A stretch of DNA of 62,789 bases from Rhizobiaceae bacterium. GTDB taxonomy: Bacteria > Pseudomonadota > Alphaproteobacteria > Rhizobiales > Rhizobiaceae. Within the stretch, counting starts at the first letter, position 1; every line of letters begins with the position of its first letter. Both the position numbers and the translations under genes were made by a program. This document shows, one piece after another, positions 39,869 through 47,710 of the stretch. Below the pieces are notes generated by a model. That model ran no database searches. It saw only the letters and a program-made list of their open reading frames with translations, and was not told where the DNA came from. The stretch spans positions 1 through 62,789 of the forward strand of contig JBFXFO010000002.1 of assembly GCA_050178915.1 (NCBI GenBank), written 5' to 3'.

Positions 39869-40849
39869 ATGCGCATTCTGGTGACAGGCGCGACCGGCAA
39901 GGTCGGCCAGGCGTTCATTGACCGTGTGCTGTCGGACGCGGCGCTGGCCGGCGTCTCGATCCGTGCCCTTTGCCACAACCGGACCATTGCCGGCAGCCAC
40001 CGCCTGTCTGTTGTGCGCGGCAGCATTGCCGACCGGGACGTCTGCCGTGCGGCGGTCGAAGGCGTCACCCATGTCGTCCATCTGGCGACGTGCAAGGAGA
40101 CGCCAGACGACGTGATGGACGTCACGGTGAAGGGGCTGTTCTGGCTGCTGGAGGAGTTCCGCACCAGCGCCACGGCACAGCGCTTCGTGCTCATCGGCGG
40201 CGATGCCGGCGTCGGCCATTTTTTCCACCGCCACCCGCAGCCCATCACCGAGGACGCGCCGCACATGGCCTATCCCGGCTGCTATGCGCTTTCGAAGGTG
40301 CTGGAGGAGGTGATGCTGCAGCAGTTCGGGATCCAGTACGATCTCGACTGGTGCTGCCTGCGCGCGCCGTGGATCATGGAGAAGGACGACTTCCGCCACA
40401 GCCTTTCCTTCGGCGACGACCTCTTCGGCGGCCCGGACTGGAAGACGATGGTGTCGGCGGACGAGGCGCGCGCGGCGCGCGCCAGCGGCGCGGTGCCGCT
40501 GCTGCAGGAGGCGGACGGTACGCCGGTCAAGCGCAACTTCGTGCATGTCGAGGATCTGGTCGATGCGATCGTGCGGGCGCTGAGCGCATCGGCGGCTCGC
40601 CAGCGTCTCTACAACATCTGCATGGACGAGCCGGTCGACTACGGCGCCGTCGCTGCGCATCTGGCGCGCACGCGGGGCCTGCCGTCGAAGCCGATCCGCG
40701 GTCCCTATGTCAGCAACTGGATGGACAACAGCCGCGCCAGGGCCGAGCTCGGCTGGCGCCCGCGCTACGACCTCGCAAGATTGATCGATTCAGCCTGGAG
40801 CTATGCCCGCCCGGCCGAGGAGCCGCGGCGTGTCTTCTATCCGGGTTGA
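39869..40849 (+). CDS. NAD-dependent epimerase/dehydratase (extended SDR)
   Basis: MRILVTGATGKVGQAF...VVHLAT...YALSKVLEE (YxxxK). GGAGGAG RBS. The start is an internal ATG of ORF 39848..40849. Confidence 0.88.
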   Translation: MRILVTGATGKVGQAFIDRVLSDAALAGVSIRALCHNRTIAGSHRLSVVRGSIADRDVCRAAVEGVTHVVHLATCKETPDDVMDVTVKGLFWLLEEFRTSATAQRFVLIGGDAGVGHFFHRHPQPITEDAPHMAYPGCYALSKVLEEVMLQQFGIQYDLDWCCLRAPWIMEKDDFRHSLSFGDDLFGGPDWKTMVSADEARAARASGAVPLLQEADGTPVKRNFVHVEDLVDAIVRALSASAARQRLYNICMDEPVDYGAVAAHLARTRGLPSKPIRGPYVSNWMDNSRARAELGWRPRYDLARLIDSAWSYARPAEEPRRVFYPG

Positions 40850-40912
40850 GAAAGCAGCGGCGGGAATGGTTCCGCCGTCTGGACGTGCATGTTGAACGGG
40901 AGGAAAGACAAC

Positions 40913-41905
40913 ATGAGGAAGGCACTTTATCTGGCCGCCGTGGCCATGCTGGCGTTGTCGACGACCAGCGCCATCACCGCCGAAAAGAAGACGCTGGCCG
41001 TGGTCGTGAAGGGATTGGACAATCCGTTCTTCACGGTGCTCGGCAATGGCTGCGCCAAGTGGAACGAGAACAATCCGGAGTCGGAATACACCTGCCTCTA
41101 CACCGGCCCGGCGCTGTCGTCGGACGAAGCCGGTGAGGTGCAGCTGGTGGCCGACCTTCTGGCCCGTCCGGATGTCGCCGGCATCGCCATCTCGCCCTCC
41201 AACGCTCCCGCCATGGCGGCGATGCTGAAGGAGAAGGCGCCGTCGATCCCGATCATCACGATCGACGCCGACCTGCTGCCGGAGGACAAGTCGCTGCGCA
41301 AGACCTATCTGGGCACCGAGAACTACCAGATGGGCGTCAAGATGGCGGCGCACCTGAAGGAGCTGAAGCCGGACGGCGGCAAGATCTGCCTGCAGCTCGG
41401 CAACGTCGCTGCTGCCAACATCAACGAACGCGCCGCTGGCCTGCGCGACACGATCAGCGGCAAGAAGGGCACCGAGAAGCTCGCCGGCGACGGCGGCTGG
41501 ACCGAGATCGACGGCTGCCCGCTCTACACCAATGACGACATCCCGACGGCCAACCAGCAGCTGGCCGACGTGACCGGCGCCAACGCCGATCTCGACGCTT
41601 TCATCCTGGTCGGCGGCTGGGCCCAGTTCGGTCCGGAAGCCTACGCGGCGACCACCACCGCGCTGGAAGCCAAGCTGAAGAGCAAGGAGCTCATCATCAT
41701 CGCCGGCGACACGCTGCCGCCGCAGATGGATGCGCTGAAGGCCGGCCACAGCCATGCCCAGATCGGCCAGCGGCCGTTCGAGATGGGTCTGCGCGCGCCT
41801 GACGTCCTGATCCAGATCATCAAGGGCGAGAGCGTCGAGGATCCGATGTACACGGGCCTCGACGAGTGCACGCCGGAAACGGCCGACACGTGCCTCGCCG
41901 GCTGA
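40913..41905 (+). CDS. Sugar ABC transporter substrate-binding protein (CUT2, Peripla_BP_4 type), copy 1
   Basis: MRKALYLAAVAMLALSTTSAITAEKKTLAVVVKGLDNPFFTVLGNG... This is a signal peptide followed by a periplasmic-binding-protein type I fold. GGGAGGAAAG RBS. Confidence 0.88.
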   Translation: MRKALYLAAVAMLALSTTSAITAEKKTLAVVVKGLDNPFFTVLGNGCAKWNENNPESEYTCLYTGPALSSDEAGEVQLVADLLARPDVAGIAISPSNAPAMAAMLKEKAPSIPIITIDADLLPEDKSLRKTYLGTENYQMGVKMAAHLKELKPDGGKICLQLGNVAAANINERAAGLRDTISGKKGTEKLAGDGGWTEIDGCPLYTNDDIPTANQQLADVTGANADLDAFILVGGWAQFGPEAYAATTTALEAKLKSKELIIIAGDTLPPQMDALKAGHSHAQIGQRPFEMGLRAPDVLIQIIKGESVEDPMYTGLDECTPETADTCLAG

Positions 41906-41921
41906 TGGCCTGAAACTGCCT

Positions 41922-41949
41922 CCGGTCCGGCGCATTGTCGCCGGGCCGG
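41922..41949 (+). terminator. GC hairpin after the SBP copy 1 gene (11-bp stem with one G-U pair)
   Basis: CCGGTCCGGCG-cattgt-CGCCGGGCCGG, 17 nt after the stop. No U-tract. It shares the CCGG(N)CCGG core with the hairpin at 21770..21794. Confidence 0.4.
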
Positions 41950-42052
41950 AACCCTCACAGCATTTCGCATGAACGCGACCGACCGCGTGGTGGCAATCGC
42001 CGCCGCGACCGGAAGGTCTTTGCCGAAAACAAGAAACAACCGGAGGAAACCA

Positions 42053-43003
42053 ATGCGATTCCGCATCCTGACCGTTTCATTGCTTCTCACCGCCGCGCTC
42101 GGCGTCGCCGCTGCGCAGGCCGAGGACAAGAAGTCCATCGCCTTCGTCGTCAACGGCGCGTCCGACTTCTGGAAGCTGGCCGAGGCCGGCGTTAAGAAGG
42201 CGCAGGAAGAGCTGCCCAACTACGACCTGCAGTTCAAGTATCCCGAGCAGGCCGCCGCCGCCGTGCAGCAGCGCCTCATGGACGACCTCGTCGCCGCCGG
42301 CGTTTCCGCCATCATGGTCAGCGCCGTCGATCCGAAATCCTCGACCGATGCGCTGAACCGCATCGGCGGACAGGTGCCGCTCTTCACCACCGACTCCGAC
42401 GCACCCGACACCAACCGCGTCGCCTATATCGGGTCGTCCAACACCGACGCCGGCAAGCAGGCGGGCGAGATCGCGCTGAAGGCGCTGCCCAATGGCGGCA
42501 AGTGCATCGGCTTTGTCGGACTTCCGGGCGCCGACAATGCGCGTGAGCGCATCGAGGGCATGAAGGCGACGATCGCCGGCTCCAAGGTCGAGCTCATCGA
42601 CGTGCGCGGCGACGACATCAACTTCGAGCGCGCCAAGCGCAACGTCGAGGACGCGCTCGCGGCCAACCCCGACATCGAGTGCATGGTCGGGTTCTACTCG
42701 TACAATCCGCCCTACATCTACAATGTGCTGAAGGAGTCCGGGAAGCTCGGCAAGGTGACCATCATCGCCTTTGACGAGGATCCGATCACCCTGGGCGGCG
42801 TGCGCGAAGGCACCATCGCGGGCACCGTCGTGCAGCAGCCCTACGAGTGGGGCTATCAGGGCATGAAGCTGGTGGCCAAGGTTCTGGAAAAGGACATGTC
42901 CGGCATCCCGGAGAACAAGCTGGTCATCGTGCCGACCAAGATCATCGACAAGTCGAATGTCGACGCGTTCGAGGCCGAACTGAAGTCGCGTATCGGCGGC
43001 TGA
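42053..43003 (+). CDS. Sugar ABC transporter substrate-binding protein (CUT2), copy 2
   Basis: MRFRILTVSLLLTAALGVAAAQAEDKKSIAFVVNGASDFWKLAEAG... GGAGGA RBS. The start is an internal ATG of ORF 41969..43003. Confidence 0.88.
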   Translation: MRFRILTVSLLLTAALGVAAAQAEDKKSIAFVVNGASDFWKLAEAGVKKAQEELPNYDLQFKYPEQAAAAVQQRLMDDLVAAGVSAIMVSAVDPKSSTDALNRIGGQVPLFTTDSDAPDTNRVAYIGSSNTDAGKQAGEIALKALPNGGKCIGFVGLPGADNARERIEGMKATIAGSKVELIDVRGDDINFERAKRNVEDALAANPDIECMVGFYSYNPPYIYNVLKESGKLGKVTIIAFDEDPITLGGVREGTIAGTVVQQPYEWGYQGMKLVAKVLEKDMSGIPENKLVIVPTKIIDKSNVDAFEAELKSRIGG

Positions 43004-43088
43004 CGCCTCGGAGGAAGCAGGCCGGCGCTGAGCTCTCTCCTCCCTGTCGGCCTGCTCGCCATCTCGCATTCCAAAAGTCGTGCCAGCA

Positions 43089-44603
43089 ATGAACGAGCCG
43101 TTCCTGTCGATCACCGCCGTGAGCAAGACCTACCCCGGCGTCCGCGCGCTGGAGGGCATCAGCCTCTCCGTGCGGCGTGCCGAGGTGGTCGCCCTTGTCG
43201 GCGAGAACGGGGCGGGCAAGTCGACCCTGATGAAAATCCTCGGCGGCCTGGTTGCGCCGAGCAGCGGCACCATCGAGGTCGGTGGGAAAACCCTGCCGCG
43301 CCTCACAGTGGGCGAGTCGATGGCAGCCGGCATCGCCTTCGTGCACCAGGAACTGAACCTCTTCGAGAACCTCTCGGTCGCGGCCAACATCTTCATCGGC
43401 CGCGAGCCGCGCCGCGGCTGGCTCGGCCTCGTCGATGACGCCGAACTGACACGCCGCGCAGGTCCGCTGCTGCAACAGCTGGGCGCCGATTTTTCGCCCG
43501 ACGCAGCGGTGCAGGAGCTGTCCCTGGCGCAGCGCCAGCTTGTCGAGATCGCCAAGGCGCTGTCGCTCGATGCCCGCCTCGTCATCATGGACGAGCCGAC
43601 GTCGAGCCTGACCGCCAGCGAGACCGAACGCCTGCTGGGCATCGTCGAGCGTCTGAGGGCCGACGGCGTCGCGGTCATCTACATCACGCACCGGCTGGGC
43701 GAGGTGGAGCGCTGTGCCGACCGCGTGCTGGTCATGCGCGACGGCAGGCTGGTCGCCGAGCTTGCCGGCGAACGCATGCAGGCCGAGCTGATGATCCGCT
43801 ACATGATCGGCCGCGAATTGAAGACGCTGTACCGCCCGCCGGCGAGCCCGCGGGGCAAGGCAGTGCTGGAACTGGTCGGCCTGCGCACCGGTCACCGGCC
43901 CGACAACGCCGTCGATCTGGCCGTGCATGCCGGCGAGATACTCGGACTGGCCGGCCTCGTCGGCGCCGGGCGAACAGAACTGGCGCGGACCGTCTACGGC
44001 CTCGATGCGCCGGCCGGCGGCGAGATCCGCATCGACGGCGAAAGGACGGCCGTGCGCAGCGCCAGCAATGCCGTCGCGCGCGGCATCTATCTCGTCCCGG
44101 AAGACCGCAAGCGCTCCGGCCTCGTGCTCGGTTTCTCCATCCGCGAAAACATCACGCTCGCCGATCTGGACGCCTGTTCGCGCTTCGGCATCGTTCAGCG
44201 CTCCAGCGAGGATGAAGAAGCGGAGACACAGCGGGCGCGCCTCGACATCCGCTGCCGCGATGTCTCCGCCGACGTGGCCTCGCTGTCGGGCGGCAACCAG
44301 CAGAAGGTGGTGCTGGGCAAGTGGCTGTCCATGGCGCCGCGCCTGCTCATCTTCGACGAGCCGACGCGCGGCATCGACGTCGGTGCCAAGAGCGAGATCT
44401 ATCGTCTCATGCGCGAACTCGCCGACCGGGGCGTCGCCATCCTCATGATCTCCAGCGACATGGAGGAGGTGATCGGCGTCAGCGACCGCGTCGCGGTCAT
44501 GCACGAAGGCGCCATCGCCGGTTTCCTCGACCGCTCCGAACTCAGCGAGCAGAGCGTCCTTTCACTTGCGGTCGGCCGCAGCACAGCCAGGGAGTTGAGA
44601 TGA
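43089..44603 (+). CDS. Sugar ABC transporter ATP-binding protein, two fused ABC domains (RbsA-like)
   Basis: ...VALVGENGAGKSTLMKIL...LSLAQRQLVEIAKAL...IMDEPTSSL, then a second domain ...LSGGNQQKVVLGKWL...LIFDEPTRGIDVGAK. Confidence 0.9.
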   Translation: MNEPFLSITAVSKTYPGVRALEGISLSVRRAEVVALVGENGAGKSTLMKILGGLVAPSSGTIEVGGKTLPRLTVGESMAAGIAFVHQELNLFENLSVAANIFIGREPRRGWLGLVDDAELTRRAGPLLQQLGADFSPDAAVQELSLAQRQLVEIAKALSLDARLVIMDEPTSSLTASETERLLGIVERLRADGVAVIYITHRLGEVERCADRVLVMRDGRLVAELAGERMQAELMIRYMIGRELKTLYRPPASPRGKAVLELVGLRTGHRPDNAVDLAVHAGEILGLAGLVGAGRTELARTVYGLDAPAGGEIRIDGERTAVRSASNAVARGIYLVPEDRKRSGLVLGFSIRENITLADLDACSRFGIVQRSSEDEEAETQRARLDIRCRDVSADVASLSGGNQQKVVLGKWLSMAPRLLIFDEPTRGIDVGAKSEIYRLMRELADRGVAILMISSDMEEVIGVSDRVAVMHEGAIAGFLDRSELSEQSVLSLAVGRSTARELR

Positions 44604-45622
44604 TAAGCCGCAAGGATCTCGGCCTGCTCGTCCTCATCATCGTCGTCGGCGCGGTGGTGGCCATGATCAACCCGCGCTTCCTGTCGCCGGTCAACCTGTC
44701 GAACACCGCCAATCTGATCGGGCTGTTCGGCCTGTTCGCGGTGGCGCAGGCATTCGTCATCATTTCCGGCGGCATCGAGCTTTCCGTCGGCTCGATCATT
44801 GCGCTGCTCGGCGTGATCTTCATCGACCTGATCGCCGCCGGCACGCTCGACTGGGTGAGTGCGCTTGTCGTCGTGATGGTGCTCGGCTGCGCCATCGGCG
44901 CCATCCACGGCGTGCTCGTGGCAAAGGTCGGGCTGCAACCATTCGTGGTTACACTCTGCGGCCTGCTCATCTATCGCGGCGTGGCGCGCTACTACACCGA
45001 AGACGCCACGGCAGGCTTCCCGTTCGGGGCGGAATTCCCGACGCTGGAGTGGCTGACGACCGGCCGCGTGCTTGGCGTCCCGCACAGCCTCATCGCCTTT
45101 TTGCTGGTGACGCTGGTGATGGGCGTCGTGCTGCATCGCTCGGTGTTCGGGCGTCATCTCTATGCGGTTGGCAAGAACGAGGAGGCGGCGCGCTACAGCG
45201 GCATCCGCACGCATCGCGTCATCATCGCGGCCTATGTCATCTGCTGCGCGCTCACCGCGCTCGCCGCCGTGTTCTTCGCCATGTACACGCGCTCCATCTC
45301 GCCGTCCTCGCACGGCAATTTCTACGAGCTCTATGCGATCGCGGCCGCCGTGCTCGGCGGCTGTTCGCTGCGCGGTGGGGAGGGCTCGATCGTGGGCGTC
45401 GTGCTTGGCACGGTCCTGCTGCAGGTGCTGCAGAATCTCGTCAACATGCTCGGCATCCCGAGCTCGCTGAACTTCGCAGTGATGGGATCGGTGATCCTGA
45501 TCGGCGTTCTCGCCGACCATGAGTTCGCCCGCCAGCGCAACAAGCGCGCGAGCAGGATGCACGCCGCCGACCTTGCAACGGCCGCGACGCCGACAGCTGC
45601 GACATTGCGCGATCCCGCCTGA
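44600..45622 (+). CDS. Sugar ABC transporter permease (RbsC-like)
   Basis: MISRKDLGLLVLIIVVGAVVAMINPRFLSPVNLSNTANLIGLFGLFAVAQAFVIISGGIELSVGS... ATGA overlap with the ATPase stop. Confidence 0.9.
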   Translation: MISRKDLGLLVLIIVVGAVVAMINPRFLSPVNLSNTANLIGLFGLFAVAQAFVIISGGIELSVGSIIALLGVIFIDLIAAGTLDWVSALVVVMVLGCAIGAIHGVLVAKVGLQPFVVTLCGLLIYRGVARYYTEDATAGFPFGAEFPTLEWLTTGRVLGVPHSLIAFLLVTLVMGVVLHRSVFGRHLYAVGKNEEAARYSGIRTHRVIIAAYVICCALTALAAVFFAMYTRSISPSSHGNFYELYAIAAAVLGGCSLRGGEGSIVGVVLGTVLLQVLQNLVNMLGIPSSLNFAVMGSVILIGVLADHEFARQRNKRASRMHAADLATAATPTAATLRDPA

Positions 45623-45628
45623 TATGCG

Positions 45629-45736
45629 TCAGCGCGTCGGCTTCGGCCCCGGGAACGGGGTCGGATCCGGCTGCGGCTCCGGCATCGGCGGAATGGGGTC
45701 GGGCACCGGAATCGGCGGGTTCGACTGAGGCGTCAT
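45629..45736 (-). CDS. Candidate 35-aa proline-rich small ORF (hypothetical)
   Basis: Below the ORF-track size cut-off. My translation reads MTPQSNPPIPVPDPIPPMPEPQPDPTPFPGPKPTR*. Its ATG overlaps the PepSY gene stop (TGATG). About 30 of 34 codons end in G or C, as in real genes here. There is no homology support. Confidence 0.3.
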   Translation of the reverse strand: MTPQSNPPIPVPDPIPPMPEPQPDPTPFPGPKPTR

Positions 45737-45999
45737 CAGCGCGGCTCTCCAGTCACCGGATTGTAGTTGATCTCCACCTTCGCCTTGTCATTGGTGAAGT
45801 AGGTGACCTGATAGTAGCCGTCCTCGTTCCAGCGGATTTCGTCGATGTAGTGGAACTGGTCGCGCTTCTCGACCTTTGCAATGATCTCCGACAGGGGCCG
45901 CGCATCCGTGGGCGGTACGGGCGTTGCGTCCTCGCTCTGCGCCATGCCGGGGATGGCGAGCGCGGCGATGGTGACGGCTGCAAAGAGGAGAGTGCGCAT
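45736..45999 (-). CDS. PepSY domain-containing secreted protein
   Basis: MRTLLFAAVTIAALAIPGMAQSED...LSEIIAKVEKRDQFHYIDEIRWNEDGYYQVTYFTNDKAKVEINYNPVTGE. Start at the internal ATG 45999, with an AAGGAA RBS. Confidence 0.75.
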   Translation of the reverse strand: MRTLLFAAVTIAALAIPGMAQSEDATPVPPTDARPLSEIIAKVEKRDQFHYIDEIRWNEDGYYQVTYFTNDKAKVEINYNPVTGEPR

Positions 46000-46086
46000 G
46001 GAGATTCCTTTCGGCTTCGCCATTCAACGGGCATGGGCCGCGCGAAGTTCCGATCCAGCTAATCAACGCCGACCGCAGGACAGTGC

Positions 46087-46632
46087 ATGCTGACGCCCGC
46101 TTTCTTCGCACGTGACGCGCTCATTGTTGCCGCCGATCTGATCGGCTGCACGCTGGAGGTCGATGGCGTGGGCGGCATCGTCGTCGAGACGGAAGCCTAT
46201 GCGCGCGACGATCCCGCCTCGCACAGCTTCCCCGGCGAGACGAAGCGCAACCGCATCATGTTCGGCGATCCGGGCCACGCCTATGTCTACCGCTCCTATG
46301 GCATCCACTGGTGCCTGAACACGGTGTGCCTGCCGGGCAGCGCGGTGCTGCTGCGCGCCATCGAGCCGACAACAGGCATCGCGGCGATGCGGCAACGGCG
46401 CGGCGTCGATGATGTGCGCCTGCTCTGCTCCGGGCCTGGACGGCTTTGTCAGGCGCTCGGCGTGGACGGTTCGTTCGACGGCATGCGCCTCGACCGCCCG
46501 CCCTTCGCCGTCGGTGCGCCCGGCGAAACGCCCGCTGTCGCAACGGGCGTCCGCATCGGTATCAGCAAGGCAGCCGACCTGCCCTGGCGGTTCGGCCTTG
46601 CAGGCTCGCGCTTCGTCAGCCGGCGATTCTAG
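46087..46632 (+). CDS. mpg: DNA-3-methyladenine glycosylase (Mpg/AAG family)
   Basis: ...[31 protein letters not shown]...[16 protein letters not shown]...AVLLRAIEP...[10 protein letters not shown], signature blocks of the AAG family. Confidence 0.88.
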   Translation: MLTPAFFARDALIVAADLIGCTLEVDGVGGIVVETEAYARDDPASHSFPGETKRNRIMFGDPGHAYVYRSYGIHWCLNTVCLPGSAVLLRAIEPTTGIAAMRQRRGVDDVRLLCSGPGRLCQALGVDGSFDGMRLDRPPFAVGAPGETPAVATGVRIGISKAADLPWRFGLAGSRFVSRRF

Positions 46633-47408
46633 CGTCCCTTGAAATCCGGCTTGCGCTTCTCGAGGAACGCCTTTGCGCCTTCCTCCTGGTCGGCGGTCGC
46701 ATAGCAGAGCGCGAACGCCTTGATCTCGGCGTCGAGCGCGACAGCGGTTGGCGCGTCGACGGCGATGTTCAGCGACGCCTTCAACTGGGCAAGCGCGATC
46801 GGCGCCGAAGCGGCCAGCCGCCCGGCCAGTTCCATCGCAGCCGCCTGCAGATCGGCCGGCTCGTGCACCGACGCGACGAGCCCGAGATCATAGGCGCGCT
46901 GCGCCGTGATCTGGTCGCCGGTCATGGCCAGCATGCGCGCCACGGAAGAGCCCGCGATCTTGGTGAGGCGCACAGTGCCGCCACCGCCGGGAAGGATGCC
47001 GAGCTTGATTTCGGGCAGGCCGAAGCGCGCTGTCGTCGACGCGATGCGGATGTCGCAGGCAAGCGCCAGCTCGAAGCCGCCGCCGAGCGCAAACCCGTTG
47101 ACCACCGCGAGGACCGGCTTGGTCGAGAGGGTGAGGGCGTCAGTGACCTTGCGGATGCGCGCGGCGATAACTTCAGCATCCTGCGGCGAGGCGCCTACGA
47201 ATTCGGAGATGTCGGCGCCTGCGACGAAGGCTCGCTCGCCTTCGCCGGCGAGCACGAGCACACGCACGGCCGGGTCGGACGTCAGACTGGTGATGCATTC
47301 GAGCATCTGCGCCAGTACATCGGCATTGAGCGCATTAAGTGCTTTCGGACGCCGCACCGTGATGGTGCCGATCGCGCCCGCGATCTCCGCCGTGACCAGT
47401 GTCTCCAT
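46629..47408 (-). CDS. Enoyl-CoA hydratase/isomerase family protein
   Basis: [28 protein letters not shown]...[16 protein letters not shown]...[17 protein letters not shown]... Start at the internal ATG 47408 with a GGGAG RBS. The stop overlaps the mpg stop (CTAG). Confidence 0.9.
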   Translation of the reverse strand: METLVTAEIAGAIGTITVRRPKALNALNADVLAQMLECITSLTSDPAVRVLVLAGEGERAFVAGADISEFVGASPQDAEVIAARIRKVTDALTLSTKPVLAVVNGFALGGGFELALACDIRIASTTARFGLPEIKLGILPGGGGTVRLTKIAGSSVARMLAMTGDQITAQRAYDLGLVASVHEPADLQAAAMELAGRLAASAPIALAQLKASLNIAVDAPTAVALDAEIKAFALCYATADQEEGAKAFLEKRKPDFKGR

Positions 47409-47710
47409 CGTCTCGATCTCCCTTTGCGTCCGACTTAACGAACAGCCTATGACGCGATCGGCGGGACGGCGCAACGCGGCGCCGGGCAATTCCGGCAAAA
47501 GCGTAAGCCGTTTTGCATCTGCAGGTGAGGCTAAACAGAAAATGGCTCAGTCGCGCCATGAGGTATGCCGCCATCGGAAAGATCACGCCGGCACTCGACC
47601 GAAGCATTTTGCGCGGCATGGTCCATGCGTCGCGACGCGCTGCCACTGGACATGCGGCATTTGTTCGCGATGCTGGCGCATCCGTGCCAGCCAATACCGA
47701 CGAGATCCTC

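Noticed and set aside
45519-45728. Plus-strand 69-aa ORF ending in a Gly-rich tail (GFGPGNGVGSGCGSGIGGMGSGTGIGGFD).
   Set aside because: Its 5' half overlaps the real permease gene out of frame, and the Gly-rich part is simply the complement of the Pro-rich minus-strand frame. If anything is coded here, the minus-strand ORF coupled to the PepSY gene is the better candidate.
47409-47710. Possible glycine riboswitch or sigma54 promoter (TTGCA at about 47510) upstream of the GcvT-domain oxidoreductase.
   Set aside because: No GGAGAG...ACCGAAGGGGCAA-type glycine aptamer cores are visible. There is also no GG dinucleotide at the correct 10-nt spacing upstream of the TTGC element.
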